Shown: positions 40,007 to 50,429, counted from the first letter of the stretch. The stretch: DNA of 64,000 bases from an uncultured Bacteroidota bacterium (GCA_963700635.1 CAVOYH010000003.1:416001-480000), one strand, 5' to 3'. A program made the numbers and translations. Notes: generated by a model from the sequence alone, not told the origin.

Positions 40007-42190
40007 TTACACCAGGGCACTCTCATTTCCTGAATCGAGGGCGAAAACGCATGACGTGCGAAGGTTTTCGGAAATGAGTCGAATTTCATCCATACTTATC
40101 TTAGACCCAAGCCCCATGACGTGCAGATCCGCCCGCGGACCTTTCTCGAACGCATCCAGTTCGCTGCTCGCAAACACCTTCAAATCGGCCGCGCGGGGAG
40201 CCCGCGACAGCTCGGACAGCAGCTCAAGCCGTTTCTGCTCTACCGGCACGACGGTCTCATTGTCGACCCGCAAAATAAGGTTCAGCTTAGCTTTCCAATT
40301 GCGCGTGAGGTGGAACGCCGTGAGCATCGCAAGATCATTGTTGCCCAGATCCATTCGTTCATCCCAGTCCGGAGGAAGATCGCGCAGCCACAGATTCACA
40401 GTCCTCTCAAGCCCGAGTCCGACTTTCTCGAATGGCACATACAGAATCAGTCCCCAATTATTAACCTTTGCACGGTCAATAATCATAGAAATATCTTCAT
40501 CTCTGATCTGGTGCTCCGCGATGCTCATGAAGACAGTGTTCGGTTTGAAAAATGCCGCTGAAAGCGCTTGCATGCTGATGCTGACGGCGTTTCCGAAGCT
40601 CTTCCCATCGATGAGTGATGAAGACGTGAAGATGCGCGCTTTGGAGAAATTTTTCACAATATCCGGAATGTACGCTTTGAGCCTCTCCGTTTCGCCCCCC
40701 GTCGTAAGGCCCAGTATTTTTATCGAGCCTTTCGGATACGTGATGGAGTAGATAAGACGGTACGCGCCCCTGATCTCCCGCGGCGCTTCGATGGGGATGA
40801 GCAGATCCGGTTGCCATGCCCGCTGTTCTTTCTGAGGAGAGAGTTCGTTGGATTTCTTGGTGGCCCACTCCGCAAGAGCGGTGAACAATCCGCTTCGCGA
40901 GTCTCCCGTTTCCGACTTCAGCTGTTTCTTGACAAGCATTCCGTAGAACGCGATGATAATTCCTGTGGAAAGCAGGGAGACAATCGGATTAATGATGAAC
41001 ATGACAAACAGCGATCCTGCGGCGCCGAGCATTGGCACGACAATCGGTACACGAAGCGTCGGACGAAAACTCGGCAAGCCGAGGCTCTGCTCAACAAGCA
41101 CAACCACATTGATCATTGCGTACGTGACCATGAAGAACATCGTTATCAACGGTGCAACCGCATTCAGGTCGCGCAACAGCAACCCGAAAAGGGCGATGCC
41201 TCCCGTAATCCACATTGCGTTCCGCGGCTCACCGCGTTTTGTGGTCTTGGTGAGGAACTCCCCCGCCGGAAGTATTTTCTTTTCACCTAACGCCAGGAGC
41301 ACGCGCGGTGCGCCGATGATCGATGACAGCGCCGAGGAGAACGTTGCCCCGAGCAATCCCGCAATCACAACGGGCTGCCATACCGAGCGGTCTATCAGCA
41401 CCGTGTAATTTTCCACAAGTTCATCCGGTGACGCAAGGAGGGCTGCCACAAACACAAGACTGACATAGACAATCGTTGTTGAAACAATCGCCGCCATGGT
41501 ACCGATCGGGATATTCTTTCTCGGGTTCGTCAGTTCCCCGGACATGTTTGCTCCCGCCATAACACCCGTCACCGCGGGGAAGAACACGGCAAAGACCCCC
41601 CAGAAGTCTGTCCCGGAGAAATTCCCTTCCGGCGTGCCACGATATGACCCGAACCACTGAAAGTCCCAGTGCAGGGGATGGACGAACAGCGCGGCATAAA
41701 TGGAGACAAGAGACCCGACGATAATCGCCATGATCACAAATTGAATCTTGAACGCAACACTGGTGCTCACATACGCAAGAACGAACACGAGTCCGAATGC
41801 CGCAAGGTCTACAAACAACGCATCGGCCTGCGGATAAATCCACTGAATCCCTTCCCGGAACCCGAAGATGTACATTGCCACCGCCAGCGCCTGCGAGAAA
41901 AAGAATGGAATGCCGATGCTTCCACCCATTTCAAGCCCGAGGGATTGTGAGATGATGGAGAATGCACCACCCGCGCCAATGCGAATGTTTGTCGTGATCG
42001 ACGACATTGCGAGGCCCGTGAAAAAAGTGATCGACGTAGCAAGTCCCACAATAAGAAGAGCCCCGCCCACCCCTGCATTTCCCACGACCCATCCCTGTCT
42101 GAGGTACATTATGACGCCAAGAATAGTAAGGAGGGACGGCGTGAAGACTCCCGCAAAAGTCCCGTAAGTTCTCTTATGAGTTGTTTTCAT
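40007..42190 (-). CDS. SLC12-like cation-chloride cotransporter / amino acid permease
   Basis: GVFTP..LTILGVIMYLR, FFPAVTG.MAGANMSG.L and APR motifs; cytosolic C-terminal domain. Confidence 0.85.
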   Translation of the reverse strand: MKTTHKRTYGTFAGVFTPSLLTILGVIMYLRQGWVVGNAGVGGALLIVGLATSITFFTGLAMSSITTNIRIGAGGAFSIISQSLGLEMGGSIGIPFFFSQALAVAMYIFGFREGIQWIYPQADALFVDLAAFGLVFVLAYVSTSVAFKIQFVIMAIIVGSLVSIYAALFVHPLHWDFQWFGSYRGTPEGNFSGTDFWGVFAVFFPAVTGVMAGANMSGELTNPRKNIPIGTMAAIVSTTIVYVSLVFVAALLASPDELVENYTVLIDRSVWQPVVIAGLLGATFSSALSSIIGAPRVLLALGEKKILPAGEFLTKTTKRGEPRNAMWITGGIALFGLLLRDLNAVAPLITMFFMVTYAMINVVVLVEQSLGLPSFRPTLRVPIVVPMLGAAGSLFVMFIINPIVSLLSTGIIIAFYGMLVKKQLKSETGDSRSGLFTALAEWATKKSNELSPQKEQRAWQPDLLIPIEAPREIRGAYRLIYSITYPKGSIKILGLTTGGETERLKAYIPDIVKNFSKARIFTSSSLIDGKSFGNAVSISMQALSAAFFKPNTVFMSIAEHQIRDEDISMIIDRAKVNNWGLILYVPFEKVGLGLERTVNLWLRDLPPDWDERMDLGNNDLAMLTAFHLTRNWKAKLNLILRVDNETVVPVEQKRLELLSELSRAPRAADLKVFASSELDAFEKGPRADLHVMGLGSKISMDEIRLISENLRTSCVFALDSGNESALV

Positions 42191-42307
42191 GTTTATCTGG
42201 TTGTACTGGGGGCTGGTTATCAATGTTCACAAAGGCACCTCGGGGGATTGCATGATGGGTACTGAAACACAGCCGGAGACCATTGCGTATCTGGAAGCTT
42301 ATTCACT

Positions 42308-42468
42308 GTGCGATTCACGCATGAACACCACACAAGCTACCGCATCGGCATCATGCTCGGTTTTGCCACACACCTCATATGTATCGTTCTGGTCATTCGT
42401 CTCTACAAGCTGCTCAACAATGTGGACAAAAGCCAGGCAATGCTTATGGTGCTCTTGGTGTCCGTCGG
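42308..42468 (+). pseudogene. DUF4386-like membrane protein fragment
   Basis: YRIGI...LYKLLNNVDKSQAMLMVLLVSV; truncated at both ends. Confidence 0.5.
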
Positions 42469-42484
42469 GGGTGGCCCGACCCGC

Positions 42485-43114
42485 CTAATCGTCCTCTGCT
42501 CGATGGCTGGTCGCGTCTTCGTCGACCCAGTCTTCCTCGGTCCAGCTCATCCCCTTCCGGCCCGGGACCTTTCGGGATGGACCTGGACGGTAAAACCCGC
42601 AGGACTTCGGCCCGTAGCAGAATGTCTCCTGCCGGAATTTCTGATTCGATGGATTCCACTGGTCGATGATCATCTGGACTGCCATCCTGCTGCCCCAGAT
42701 GCATGAGCCGCAGCTTCCTTCATACGTCTGCACAGCCAGCCGGCGGTGCCCCCGCTTGCGGTACACCTCAAGCGCCGGTGCAAGGCCGACCCACGGCGGC
42801 GACCCGCGGAAGTCCAAAGACGCTCGTGAGACCACCTTGAATCCGCTTACCCTGTAATACGCCACCCATTCCAGATCTGGATCCGCCACCTGGAGGCAAA
42901 ATCCTTCTACAGTGTCCCCTGCCTGAATTGAGTGTTTGGCGTGGAGGGACTGCCCGATTCCAACCCAAAAATTGCCGGAGGAGCCATCGATCATGCCATC
43001 AATCTGTAGCGCGTACCCCAGGTACGAGTGATGGCGCTGGTCGAACGATCGCAAGAGCCGGATCCGGGGCTGGACCGTAACCACGATTCCGGACCATGTC
43101 AACTTCTCTGCCAT
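42485..43114 (-). CDS. Hypothetical protein with Cys-rich C-terminus
   Basis: VQPRIRLLRSFDQR, CGSCIWG and FCYGPKSC; GGAG ribosome-binding site. Confidence 0.7.
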   Translation of the reverse strand: MAEKLTWSGIVVTVQPRIRLLRSFDQRHHSYLGYALQIDGMIDGSSGNFWVGIGQSLHAKHSIQAGDTVEGFCLQVADPDLEWVAYYRVSGFKVVSRASLDFRGSPPWVGLAPALEVYRKRGHRRLAVQTYEGSCGSCIWGSRMAVQMIIDQWNPSNQKFRQETFCYGPKSCGFYRPGPSRKVPGRKGMSWTEEDWVDEDATSHRAEDD

Positions 43115-43144
43115 TCGCTCCCCCCGGGTGTGCGCTGCGGCATA

Positions 43145-43906
43145 CTATTTCCACCAGGCACGATCTTCCTCCTCCTTGGCACTCTTGTTCTCGTGGTAGT
43201 AGGCATCTCGCCAGGACTGCCAGCCGGACTTCAGATACTTCTCATCCGGGTAGAATTCTCCCGTGCCGATATCAAGATCTCCTGATTCCGGAGCCCTGTA
43301 GTCGCCCCAATTACAGACCTGCGGCTTACCGGCATTGTACGCCGTCCAGGTTCCAATGAACTGGTTGTTGGAATAGGAATCCGAGTCAATCTGAATATCG
43401 TCATATCTGAGGTGCCCGCGACGATCGACGTACCATGCGGTTGTTACACTTCCCTGAAATACTCCTACATGCGTTTGGCTGCTGTCTTCAAAAAACTCAT
43501 AGGCCCCCTGCACAATACCCTGCTTCACAATTCCGCTGTCTTTGTACGTATCATCAACACCGAAGTGCATCTGCGCAAAATGGTGGATGCCCGAGATCCT
43601 TATAGTCCCGGCAAAGTTGCAGATATTATTCTTGACCATGGACTTGCCGCTGATGGCATATCTATCCGGGTGATCAGGTTCACGAGTTGCCGACATTACC
43701 CTGATACGGATGCGCTGATAGTGTTCCCCGATAAAGCCAAAAACCGGCCGGCTGTTGGTCGTCGTCCAGAGCGGAGCAAAGTCAAATTCCGCCACGTTCA
43801 CTTTGCTTTGGTTTGAAGAAGGCTCGACGTGAGTTTGTCCTAACGCAGGGATGGCGGCAGCAAGTAGGACGGCGCAGGAAAGATTGATCACGTATCTGGA
43901 GACCAT
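43145..43906 (-). CDS. Hypothetical exported protein
   Basis: Signal peptide; GFIG..YQR, NNQFIGTW, CNWGDYR and LDIG.GEF. Confidence 0.7.
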   Translation of the reverse strand: MVSRYVINLSCAVLLAAAIPALGQTHVEPSSNQSKVNVAEFDFAPLWTTTNSRPVFGFIGEHYQRIRIRVMSATREPDHPDRYAISGKSMVKNNICNFAGTIRISGIHHFAQMHFGVDDTYKDSGIVKQGIVQGAYEFFEDSSQTHVGVFQGSVTTAWYVDRRGHLRYDDIQIDSDSYSNNQFIGTWTAYNAGKPQVCNWGDYRAPESGDLDIGTGEFYPDEKYLKSGWQSWRDAYYHENKSAKEEEDRAWWK

Positions 43907-43966
43907 TGTAGATGTTTCCCTGTCAAGATGAATGGGGCTATGGAGCGGGCACTCTCCGCCTGAGTT

Positions 43967-45070
43967 CTAGAACTTGTCCGCCTGATCAAAAAGGGTTTTC
44001 AAACCATCAGGCATCGATCGCCGCACGACCCAGGCTAAGAACTCGAGAGAATGATCGTGCTCAGGAAAGGTAAAGACATGGATGTTCGTTTTCTCGAGTT
44101 CCCTGGCCCTTTGCTGAATCTCTACGACTCCCTCCACGGGGCAGTTCGCATCGTCCACACCGTGAAAGAGGAAGACGGGCATGTCGAGTCGTAAGATTCG
44201 TGTCCTGGTCGGCTCAAGTGCCCTGTGTTCATCAATCCAGCGCGTCCCGATCCGGTAGAAGGAATTCCATATCCATTCGTCATCCTTCCTCTCAATTGCT
44301 GAAAGAATTTCTTCCAGGCGGGGAGCAAGGATGATGCGAAAGTCTTCGGTCGTCAGAACAGAGTCGCCATTCATGTCGAGATCGCCGAATGTTTTGCCCC
44401 CCACACGCGCAATCGCTCTTGCATCCGCACTGTCATACTCGATCCGCTGGATGATTCCATCATTGTTCGTGTCGAAGAACTTTCTGAATGTGATCATCGA
44501 CGATGCGCCGCTGTGCTGCCAGAGTATGGTCGAATAGACGTCATCCGGGGGTGTGCCGGCGAGAAACACTGCTTCAATCGGAACCAATTGCCGCTCCGCC
44601 AGCAGGCTGGCAATAATCGCACCTTCGCTCCAGCCGAGGAGAATGAATTTGCAGGACGCTAATCTTTTGTCATTCCTCAGGTACCTGACAATGGCTTCCA
44701 GGTCCCTCACTTTGACCGATGGCGTGTATGACCAGAACTTCTCCCTGTCAACCTTGTCAAAATACGGCGATGTTGTGTCCGGAACCGTATAGCGGGTATT
44801 GTAGCTAAAATAGGCAATGCCCCGCCTGGCGAACTCATCGGCAAAATAGTCGTGATATTTGAAAATTGTGCTTCTCCCAATCTTCCGGGTGTTTTCGTAC
44901 GTCTGCGGACCCGTGCTCGGCACATCAATGACGATTTTGTGCTGGAAACTGGTTGAAGGGATAGTCAGCCTTCCTTCAATGACTTCGCTGTCGAAACTCT
45001 GAATTCGCAGGATCTCCTGCGCTTGGATCGGGACGACAGCAAGGATGAGACAAAGCACCGTGGTTTTCAT
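43967..45070 (-). CDS. Exported alpha/beta hydrolase with EF-hand-like loops
   Basis: GWSEG nucleophile, HG.DD.N and H.H triad elements; loops DTNNDGII and DMNGDSVL. Confidence 0.8.
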   Translation of the reverse strand: MKTTVLCLILAVVPIQAQEILRIQSFDSEVIEGRLTIPSTSFQHKIVIDVPSTGPQTYENTRKIGRSTIFKYHDYFADEFARRGIAYFSYNTRYTVPDTTSPYFDKVDREKFWSYTPSVKVRDLEAIVRYLRNDKRLASCKFILLGWSEGAIIASLLAERQLVPIEAVFLAGTPPDDVYSTILWQHSGASSMITFRKFFDTNNDGIIQRIEYDSADARAIARVGGKTFGDLDMNGDSVLTTEDFRIILAPRLEEILSAIERKDDEWIWNSFYRIGTRWIDEHRALEPTRTRILRLDMPVFLFHGVDDANCPVEGVVEIQQRARELEKTNIHVFTFPEHDHSLEFLAWVVRRSMPDGLKTLFDQADKF

Positions 45071-45183
45071 CTGGTTTCCCCGAAGCAGAAATATCGTTGG
45101 CAGTTTTGTGGAATACTCTCACTCCCACGTGAGTAAAACCGCACAGATGTATGGATAGATGCACCTCCAGCCCTTCTTGGATG

Positions 45184-45909
45184 TCAGCGATCACTCTTTG
45201 CTGCAACAGGAGCGTGTGCAAGCGCCGAAGGCGACTGACAGCTGACAATTGCCGGGGCCTCGTGTATCAACTCGTCATTCTCTAAGGCGGCTACCATGAA
45301 GTGCGCAAAGTCTACGCGGCGCGTGATATTACTCTTGAGAATTGAGTCGCCCACGTGCCGACTCCAAACGGGCAAACCCTGACTCTCCCCCTCTTCGAGG
45401 TCACTTCCGCGCACGACCGTCCACCGCGTATCGCTGGCAAATACCCGCCGGCACGCTTCGACCTGATCGTCCAAGTCCGCAAGGCGAATGAGCCGGGCAA
45501 ACCAGCCGAAGACACTCGCGAACAATTTGAACGACCTCGTGTATACATCCTGCCCGTCTCGCGTAATGTGCCAGCCACACGAAAACACAAGACGCGCACC
45601 CGGCGGCGCGTAGTCGAGCACGGCCTGCGCGGTCCCGGTCGAGTACTGTTGGACTCCCCACGGGACCAGGACAGTGAGTACCCCGTCGCACCCTACAATC
45701 GCTTTCTTGATAACCTCGCGGTCATCCGTTGCGCCCGGAAAGATGCGTATGCGCCCTTTGAATGCATCGAGTTTCCCGACGCTACGCTCCCGGCAAACCC
45801 CGACCACCTCATAGCCCCGATCCAGCGCGTGCTGCACCATGTATTTCCCGAGCTTGCCGGAGGCCCCGACGATACAGACCCTCCTAGGTTCCGTTCCTGA
45901 GTGTTTCAT
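45184..45909 (-). CDS. NAD(P)H-binding (NmrA/flavin reductase-like) protein
   Basis: VGASGKLG, WTVVRG and RVDFA motifs. Confidence 0.8.
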   Translation of the reverse strand: MKHSGTEPRRVCIVGASGKLGKYMVQHALDRGYEVVGVCRERSVGKLDAFKGRIRIFPGATDDREVIKKAIVGCDGVLTVLVPWGVQQYSTGTAQAVLDYAPPGARLVFSCGWHITRDGQDVYTRSFKLFASVFGWFARLIRLADLDDQVEACRRVFASDTRWTVVRGSDLEEGESQGLPVWSRHVGDSILKSNITRRVDFAHFMVAALENDELIHEAPAIVSCQSPSALAHAPVAAKSDR

Positions 45910-45964
45910 AGATTGTATTACTTTCATAAATGTGAATGGTCATTGCTACTTACGTATCGCCACA

Positions 45965-46075
45965 CAACACCAGCGTCTGCCAAACTACTCGAATGGTTCA
46001 GGAGCATCCTCAGCGTGATGCGACCAGAATGGCGATACCTCGGGAACCACTGGCCAATGGCGCTGTCGAGGGCAA
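45965..46075 (-). pseudogene. Serine hydrolase (beta-lactamase family) internal fragment
   Basis: LALDSAIGQWFP...ITLRMLLNHSSSLAD. Confidence 0.55.
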
Positions 46076-46166
46076 GCTCACTTTGCCCTGGCCGCACCGG
46101 ACCTTGAAGCACGCTCCAATGCAACACCTCTACTAAGAGGGATCGTCGTGGTTACGCCTGGTATGC
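46074..46166 (-). repeat. attC-like site, homologous to 52234-52325
   Basis: Colinear similarity with the 52.2 kb site; minus-strand GCATACC after the stop is complementary (6/7) to the cassette-start GTTATGC at 46665. Confidence 0.6.
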
Positions 46167-46181
46167 GTTCGTTGGTGTGCG

Positions 46182-46598
46182 CTAGTTCTCCCGTTGAGCG
46201 GTGATCTTACCTGCGATATATCCCATCGGTAGATAGGCTCCTGCCAAATCAACGATAGTAAACCATGCTGGGGAAGGCAGCATGATCACGTTGATGATCC
46301 CACCGAGGAGAAACCAGGCACCAACGCCAAGCGCAAACAACATCTTCCGTGTCGTGGCCAGGACGCTCGCAACGAGGGCTCCGACGAACGTTCCGATGGC
46401 GTGAGCGAGAAACGGCATCACGAAATTCTTCGGCTCGAACAGGTGCATCGACGATTTTAGGCCTTCCATCGTGGTCACGTCCGCTCCTGTGGGAGGAGGG
46501 ATAATGGAGGGACCGAGCATAACGATGCCCATGTTGACGAGTCCGCCGACCACGACGCCGGCAATGACAGCGAGGATGTTCTTGAGAATTGGGTTCAT
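46182..46598 (-). CDS. Hypothetical membrane protein (cassette-like)
   Basis: GGAG ribosome-binding site; PFLAHAIGT and DLAGAYLPM; flanked by attC-like sites. Confidence 0.8.
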   Translation of the reverse strand: MNPILKNILAVIAGVVVGGLVNMGIVMLGPSIIPPPTGADVTTMEGLKSSMHLFEPKNFVMPFLAHAIGTFVGALVASVLATTRKMLFALGVGAWFLLGGIINVIMLPSPAWFTIVDLAGAYLPMGYIAGKITAQREN

Positions 46599-46658
46599 GA
46601 GGCTATTCTCTCCTGATCTGTTAATGTGCTTTGGACTGATTAGGCTCACGCCAATAAG

Positions 46659-46795
46659 GCATAACGTCTCGCCCAACAACGAAGGCCCGCCCACCGCGCT
46701 CTTCTCTCAAGAAGTGGCGGGCTTGCGCGACCACGAATTGACCTTCACAGCTCCTAGTCACAGCCATTTCAACTGAGCGAGCATCGTTGTTACGC
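46659..46795 (-). repeat. attC-like site
   Basis: GCATAAC-gt-CTCGCCCA ... TGAGCGAG-catc-GTTGTTAC, with internal CCCGCCCAC/GTGGCGGG stem. Confidence 0.6.
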
Positions 46796-46842
46796 GTGCT
46801 ATGTGCAGTGCGCCGCCATTTACGTGGAGGCCCCTTACGTTC

Positions 46843-48012
46843 TCATACAAGCCATCCATATGCATGTGCGATGACTTCAAATACTTCCCAAATGAGTTCC
46901 TCGCCCGATTCTCCGTTTGTCATGATGACGATGCCGTCAGGGACATCAACTGAAAGGACCATGAAACAGCGATACCCACCATTCCCTCCGCCGTGCTGAA
47001 ATCGAAAGACGCCCGAACTCGGCAACGACAGTCCGAGTCCAAAATCGTCAATCTGTCTGGTCAACATCTCACGAGCGAGATTCTGGCTCAGGAGCTTGTT
47101 TAATCTTCCATGATATGATTGCCAGAGCCCAATCATAAATGAGGCTAAGTCTTTGGGAGTTGTCCAGAGTCCTCCTGCCGCTTGTTCAGGGAGCGTGTGC
47201 CAGGATCCCTTGAGGGGAGTTCCATTAGCAAGGTGGCCAACAGCGGCATGTGACCGCCGTGCGACTGGCAGCGGCTGCTCAAACGTGCTGGAGGACATTC
47301 CTGCAGGTCGCAACACAAACTCATTGGCAAGTGACTCAAATGTACGATGCGACACGTCGGTCATGAGAACCTGCAAGACGACGTAGCCACCGCCAGAATA
47401 CTGGAATTTCGCCCCCGGCTGATACACAGGTCGAACCGAGTCTGCAGTCGCTGACCATTTCCCATCGAGAATCTCAACGAGCGTTGGGAGTTCGTCATTA
47501 GCCGAGAATTCCGGAACACCGTGCATTGACAGTCCAGCAGAGTGACTTAGCAGCCTGCGTAGTGTGACAGGCTGCTTTCTCGTAAACTCGTTCCTCTTCA
47601 CTTTCCATGACAACAACTTGAGGTTTACGTCTTCGTCTAACGAGAGCATTCCCATTTCCACCATACGCAGCGCAACAACAGCAGACACAGGCTTGGAAAT
47701 GGATGCTGCTTGAAACAACGTGCTTGTGTCTACGCGTTCAGGTTTCCCGTGTTCAAGAATCCCATACCCTCTCGCCCAGTCTATTCGTCCGTTATGAACA
47801 ACTGCAATGCTCAGTCCGGGTACGTGATGCTGCTCCAGCTCAATTGTTAGAGCATCCTCAGGAATCGGTGTGCCAGCGACCACCCGGCTTTTCAAGGCAT
47901 CCTGGTGTCGTGAGCAACCAGGCCCAAATGAAAGGAGCGCCGTGAAGAAGCAAACCCGGAGGATGCGGGTTAGTGTCGTTGTATGTGATTGAGTTCCTCC
48001 TGACCGATTCAT
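46843..48012 (-). CDS. Serine hydrolase, class C beta-lactamase-like, probable lipoprotein
   Basis: SISK (SxxK), LLSHSAG, YSGGG and HGG motifs. Confidence 0.88.
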   Translation of the reverse strand: MNRSGGTQSHTTTLTRILRVCFFTALLSFGPGCSRHQDALKSRVVAGTPIPEDALTIELEQHHVPGLSIAVVHNGRIDWARGYGILEHGKPERVDTSTLFQAASISKPVSAVVALRMVEMGMLSLDEDVNLKLLSWKVKRNEFTRKQPVTLRRLLSHSAGLSMHGVPEFSANDELPTLVEILDGKWSATADSVRPVYQPGAKFQYSGGGYVVLQVLMTDVSHRTFESLANEFVLRPAGMSSSTFEQPLPVARRSHAAVGHLANGTPLKGSWHTLPEQAAGGLWTTPKDLASFMIGLWQSYHGRLNKLLSQNLAREMLTRQIDDFGLGLSLPSSGVFRFQHGGGNGGYRCFMVLSVDVPDGIVIMTNGESGEELIWEVFEVIAHAYGWLV

Positions 48013-48148
48013 ATTGGTCTCGACGTGTTTTCGGTTGACGGCGCTCTGCAAAAAGCGTCTCGCCGCACCACGCAGCGGCGAGCACTGCGCTGTTTTATCA
48101 AATGCGCGAAGCGTTGTCTAGTGGTCATACTCCAACATCCGGAGTGTA

Positions 48149-49132
48149 TCATACGTGATCTTCCACAATTATCACTACTTTTCCTCGAGCATGTCCTTCT
48201 CCCAGATACCGAAGTGCTTCAGCAGCCTCACGTAACGGATACCGTCTATCAATAACCGGAACGACTTTGCCCGCCTCCAGAAGTTCTTTGAGAATGAGCA
48301 AATCTTTTTGTTCTATTTTCGCCGATACGCCACCCATTGTCTTGCCCCCGGTTTTTGACATCCATGATCCGAGGAGCATAGCCTGAAAGATTTGAGCCTT
48401 AGTTCCTCCCGCCATGACATAGGTGCCCTTGGGCGTCAGGGCACGCCTGTACGCTGAAAGCGGATGATATCCATTTGCGGCAAGAATGATGTCATACTGT
48501 TGACCACTTTGGGTGAAATCTTCATTTGTATAATCGATAACATGGTCTGCTCCCAGCGAGCGCGCCTGCTCCACATTCCTGGTACTGCACACGGCGGTGA
48601 CCTCAGCCCCGAGCGATTTGGCAATCTGCACCGCAAACGTTCCCACCCCACCCGATGCTCCATTGATCAAGACTTTTTGTCCCGCCTGAATATGCCCTTC
48701 ATCGCGGAGGCCCTGCAGCGCGGTGAGGGCGGCCATGGGCACAGCCGCCGCTTGCTCAAACGACAGATTGACCGGTTTCAGCGCCAATGCTCTTTCAGGA
48801 ACAGAGACGTACTCGGCAAAAGCACCTCTCCCAAATGACGCGGCATCCCCGAAGACCTCATCACCCGGCTGGAACTGCTTCACGTTTCTGCCCACAGCTT
48901 CGACTTGCCCCGATAGGTCAGCGCCTAGTCGCGTGTTTTTAGGTTTGAGCAGTCCCCCGCCCATCAGGCGAATCAGGAATATGTCTGCAGTAAGGAAATG
49001 CCAGTCATACGCATTGACGGACGCCGCATGAACCTTGATCAAAACTTGATCGTCCTTGGCCGCAGGTTTGTCGACGTCTTTGAGTTGAAGAACATCCGGT
49101 GATCCATACGTTGTGTACACAATTGCCTTCAT
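48149..49132 (-). CDS. NAD(P)-dependent medium-chain dehydrogenase (quinone oxidoreductase-like)
   Basis: YGSPDVL, GAFAEY, NGASGGVG and GHARGKVV motifs. Confidence 0.9.
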   Translation of the reverse strand: MKAIVYTTYGSPDVLQLKDVDKPAAKDDQVLIKVHAASVNAYDWHFLTADIFLIRLMGGGLLKPKNTRLGADLSGQVEAVGRNVKQFQPGDEVFGDAASFGRGAFAEYVSVPERALALKPVNLSFEQAAAVPMAALTALQGLRDEGHIQAGQKVLINGASGGVGTFAVQIAKSLGAEVTAVCSTRNVEQARSLGADHVIDYTNEDFTQSGQQYDIILAANGYHPLSAYRRALTPKGTYVMAGGTKAQIFQAMLLGSWMSKTGGKTMGGVSAKIEQKDLLILKELLEAGKVVPVIDRRYPLREAAEALRYLGEGHARGKVVIIVEDHV

Positions 49133-49153
49133 AAATCTTCCCTCAAGATTACT

Positions 49154-49735
49154 TTAGTGCTGCATATCTATCCAGAAGCTGAAGGAACTGTTGCCCACCC
49201 AGCGCCAGTCCTTTGTGAAGAACCGGCCGCTGAAGTAGCGCCTCCGCAGGTGAACGGTATCGTGCTGAAGCGTCGCGTGCCAGGATTGCGTGACACCCAT
49301 ACGATCGACCACAAAGGAATCGCGCGCCGTGACAGGGGGCGAAATATCATAAGGTGCGACCGAGAAGCGAGTGCTATCGTACGCTTCCGTCACGGTGAAG
49401 AAGTTGCTTGTTGCAAGCCCGCCATCGCCGAGGGCCACACGGATGGGGCCGTTGGAGGCACCAAAGGGCGCATAGCTGTAGAGCACCGAGGCCGAGCCAC
49501 TGTCTGCAGTCAGTGCATCGCCGCCTGTGAAGCGTACGGCATTGTACCGTGGGGGAAGAACGAACTGAGTTCCGCTGAGAGTCACCATGGTCCCGATTTG
49601 ACCTGAGCTCGGAGAAGCATAGATGAAGAGTGCTGGATCCTTACCCTGGGTCGGTGCGAATTGGCTGCCAAGATCGGAACAATTTATCTGGCAGAACATC
49701 AGTGCAAGCACACTGACCCGAGGCAAAGACGACAT
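49154..49735 (-). CDS. IPT/TIG-like domain protein, possibly truncated
   Basis: Signal peptide with Cys; SPSSG.IGT.VTLSG.F and P.GA.NGPI.V. Confidence 0.5.
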   Translation of the reverse strand: MSSLPRVSVLALMFCQINCSDLGSQFAPTQGKDPALFIYASPSSGQIGTMVTLSGTQFVLPPRYNAVRFTGGDALTADSGSASVLYSYAPFGASNGPIRVALGDGGLATSNFFTVTEAYDSTRFSVAPYDISPPVTARDSFVVDRMGVTQSWHATLQHDTVHLRRRYFSGRFFTKDWRWVGNSSFSFWIDMQH

Positions 49736-49833
49736 CGTATTCACCGTAAGAGTCCTCCAGTACCGCTTTGCGGAGCGAATGGCTATGGCGCATATCGTCA
49801 CACGTGCCAACGCCGGCCCGCGCCGCATACTGC

Positions 49834-49974
49834 AATGAACGCGTTCGATATCGACAACGGACGCGAACTACTCGGCCATGGGGCGCGGGCTCGAGTGAGC
49901 ACTATGTACATCGCCCCGCCGAAGGGCGTTTCTCAAGGCGCAGGAAACATCTAGTTGCGATCGCGTGTTACGGC
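49834..49974 (-). repeat. attC-like site
   Basis: TGAACGCGTTCG..CAAC ... GTTGCGATCGCGTGTTACGGC, 20 bp past the DUF1428 stop. Confidence 0.55.
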
Positions 49975-49993
49975 ACAGTATGTCCGTGATATA

Positions 49994-50350
49994 TCATCCT
50001 CCGACGACGACTTTGAATCCGCCGTACGCCATGCGCTTTAAGTCGAACGGCATTTCGGTTGGCTGGTCGCACATAGTGGCGACTTCTTTCATCACTTTCG
50101 CGTTTACGCGGTCGCGGTGTGATCGCGATTTGAAAACGATATAGGAGAACCCTACAGTCTCGCCACGTTTGAGCCTGGTCATCCGCGGAAAGAGTGCACC
50201 CCACTTCGGCTTGAGGTCATCGCCAATACACTCTTTGTAATCCAGGGCGCCGTGCTTTTTCCAGAGTTTGTGCCCGGCCCGAGCCATTCGAAGATAGGCC
50301 TTGATGTTCTTTTTGGGTATGGTGAAAACATATCCGTCCACGTATTTCAT
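49994..50350 (-). CDS. DUF1428-family protein
   Basis: YVDG, HGALDY.EC.GDD and MPFD.KRM.YGGF; AGGAGG ribosome-binding site. Confidence 0.92.
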   Translation of the reverse strand: MKYVDGYVFTIPKKNIKAYLRMARAGHKLWKKHGALDYKECIGDDLKPKWGALFPRMTRLKRGETVGFSYIVFKSRSHRDRVNAKVMKEVATMCDQPTEMPFDLKRMAYGGFKVVVGG

Positions 50351-50429
50351 CTGGTCCCTCCTTGAGTAATTGTGACCTGACAGGAACTTTCAACTTCGGC
50401 TTTGTCGAGTATCATAAGCAAGTTCTGGC

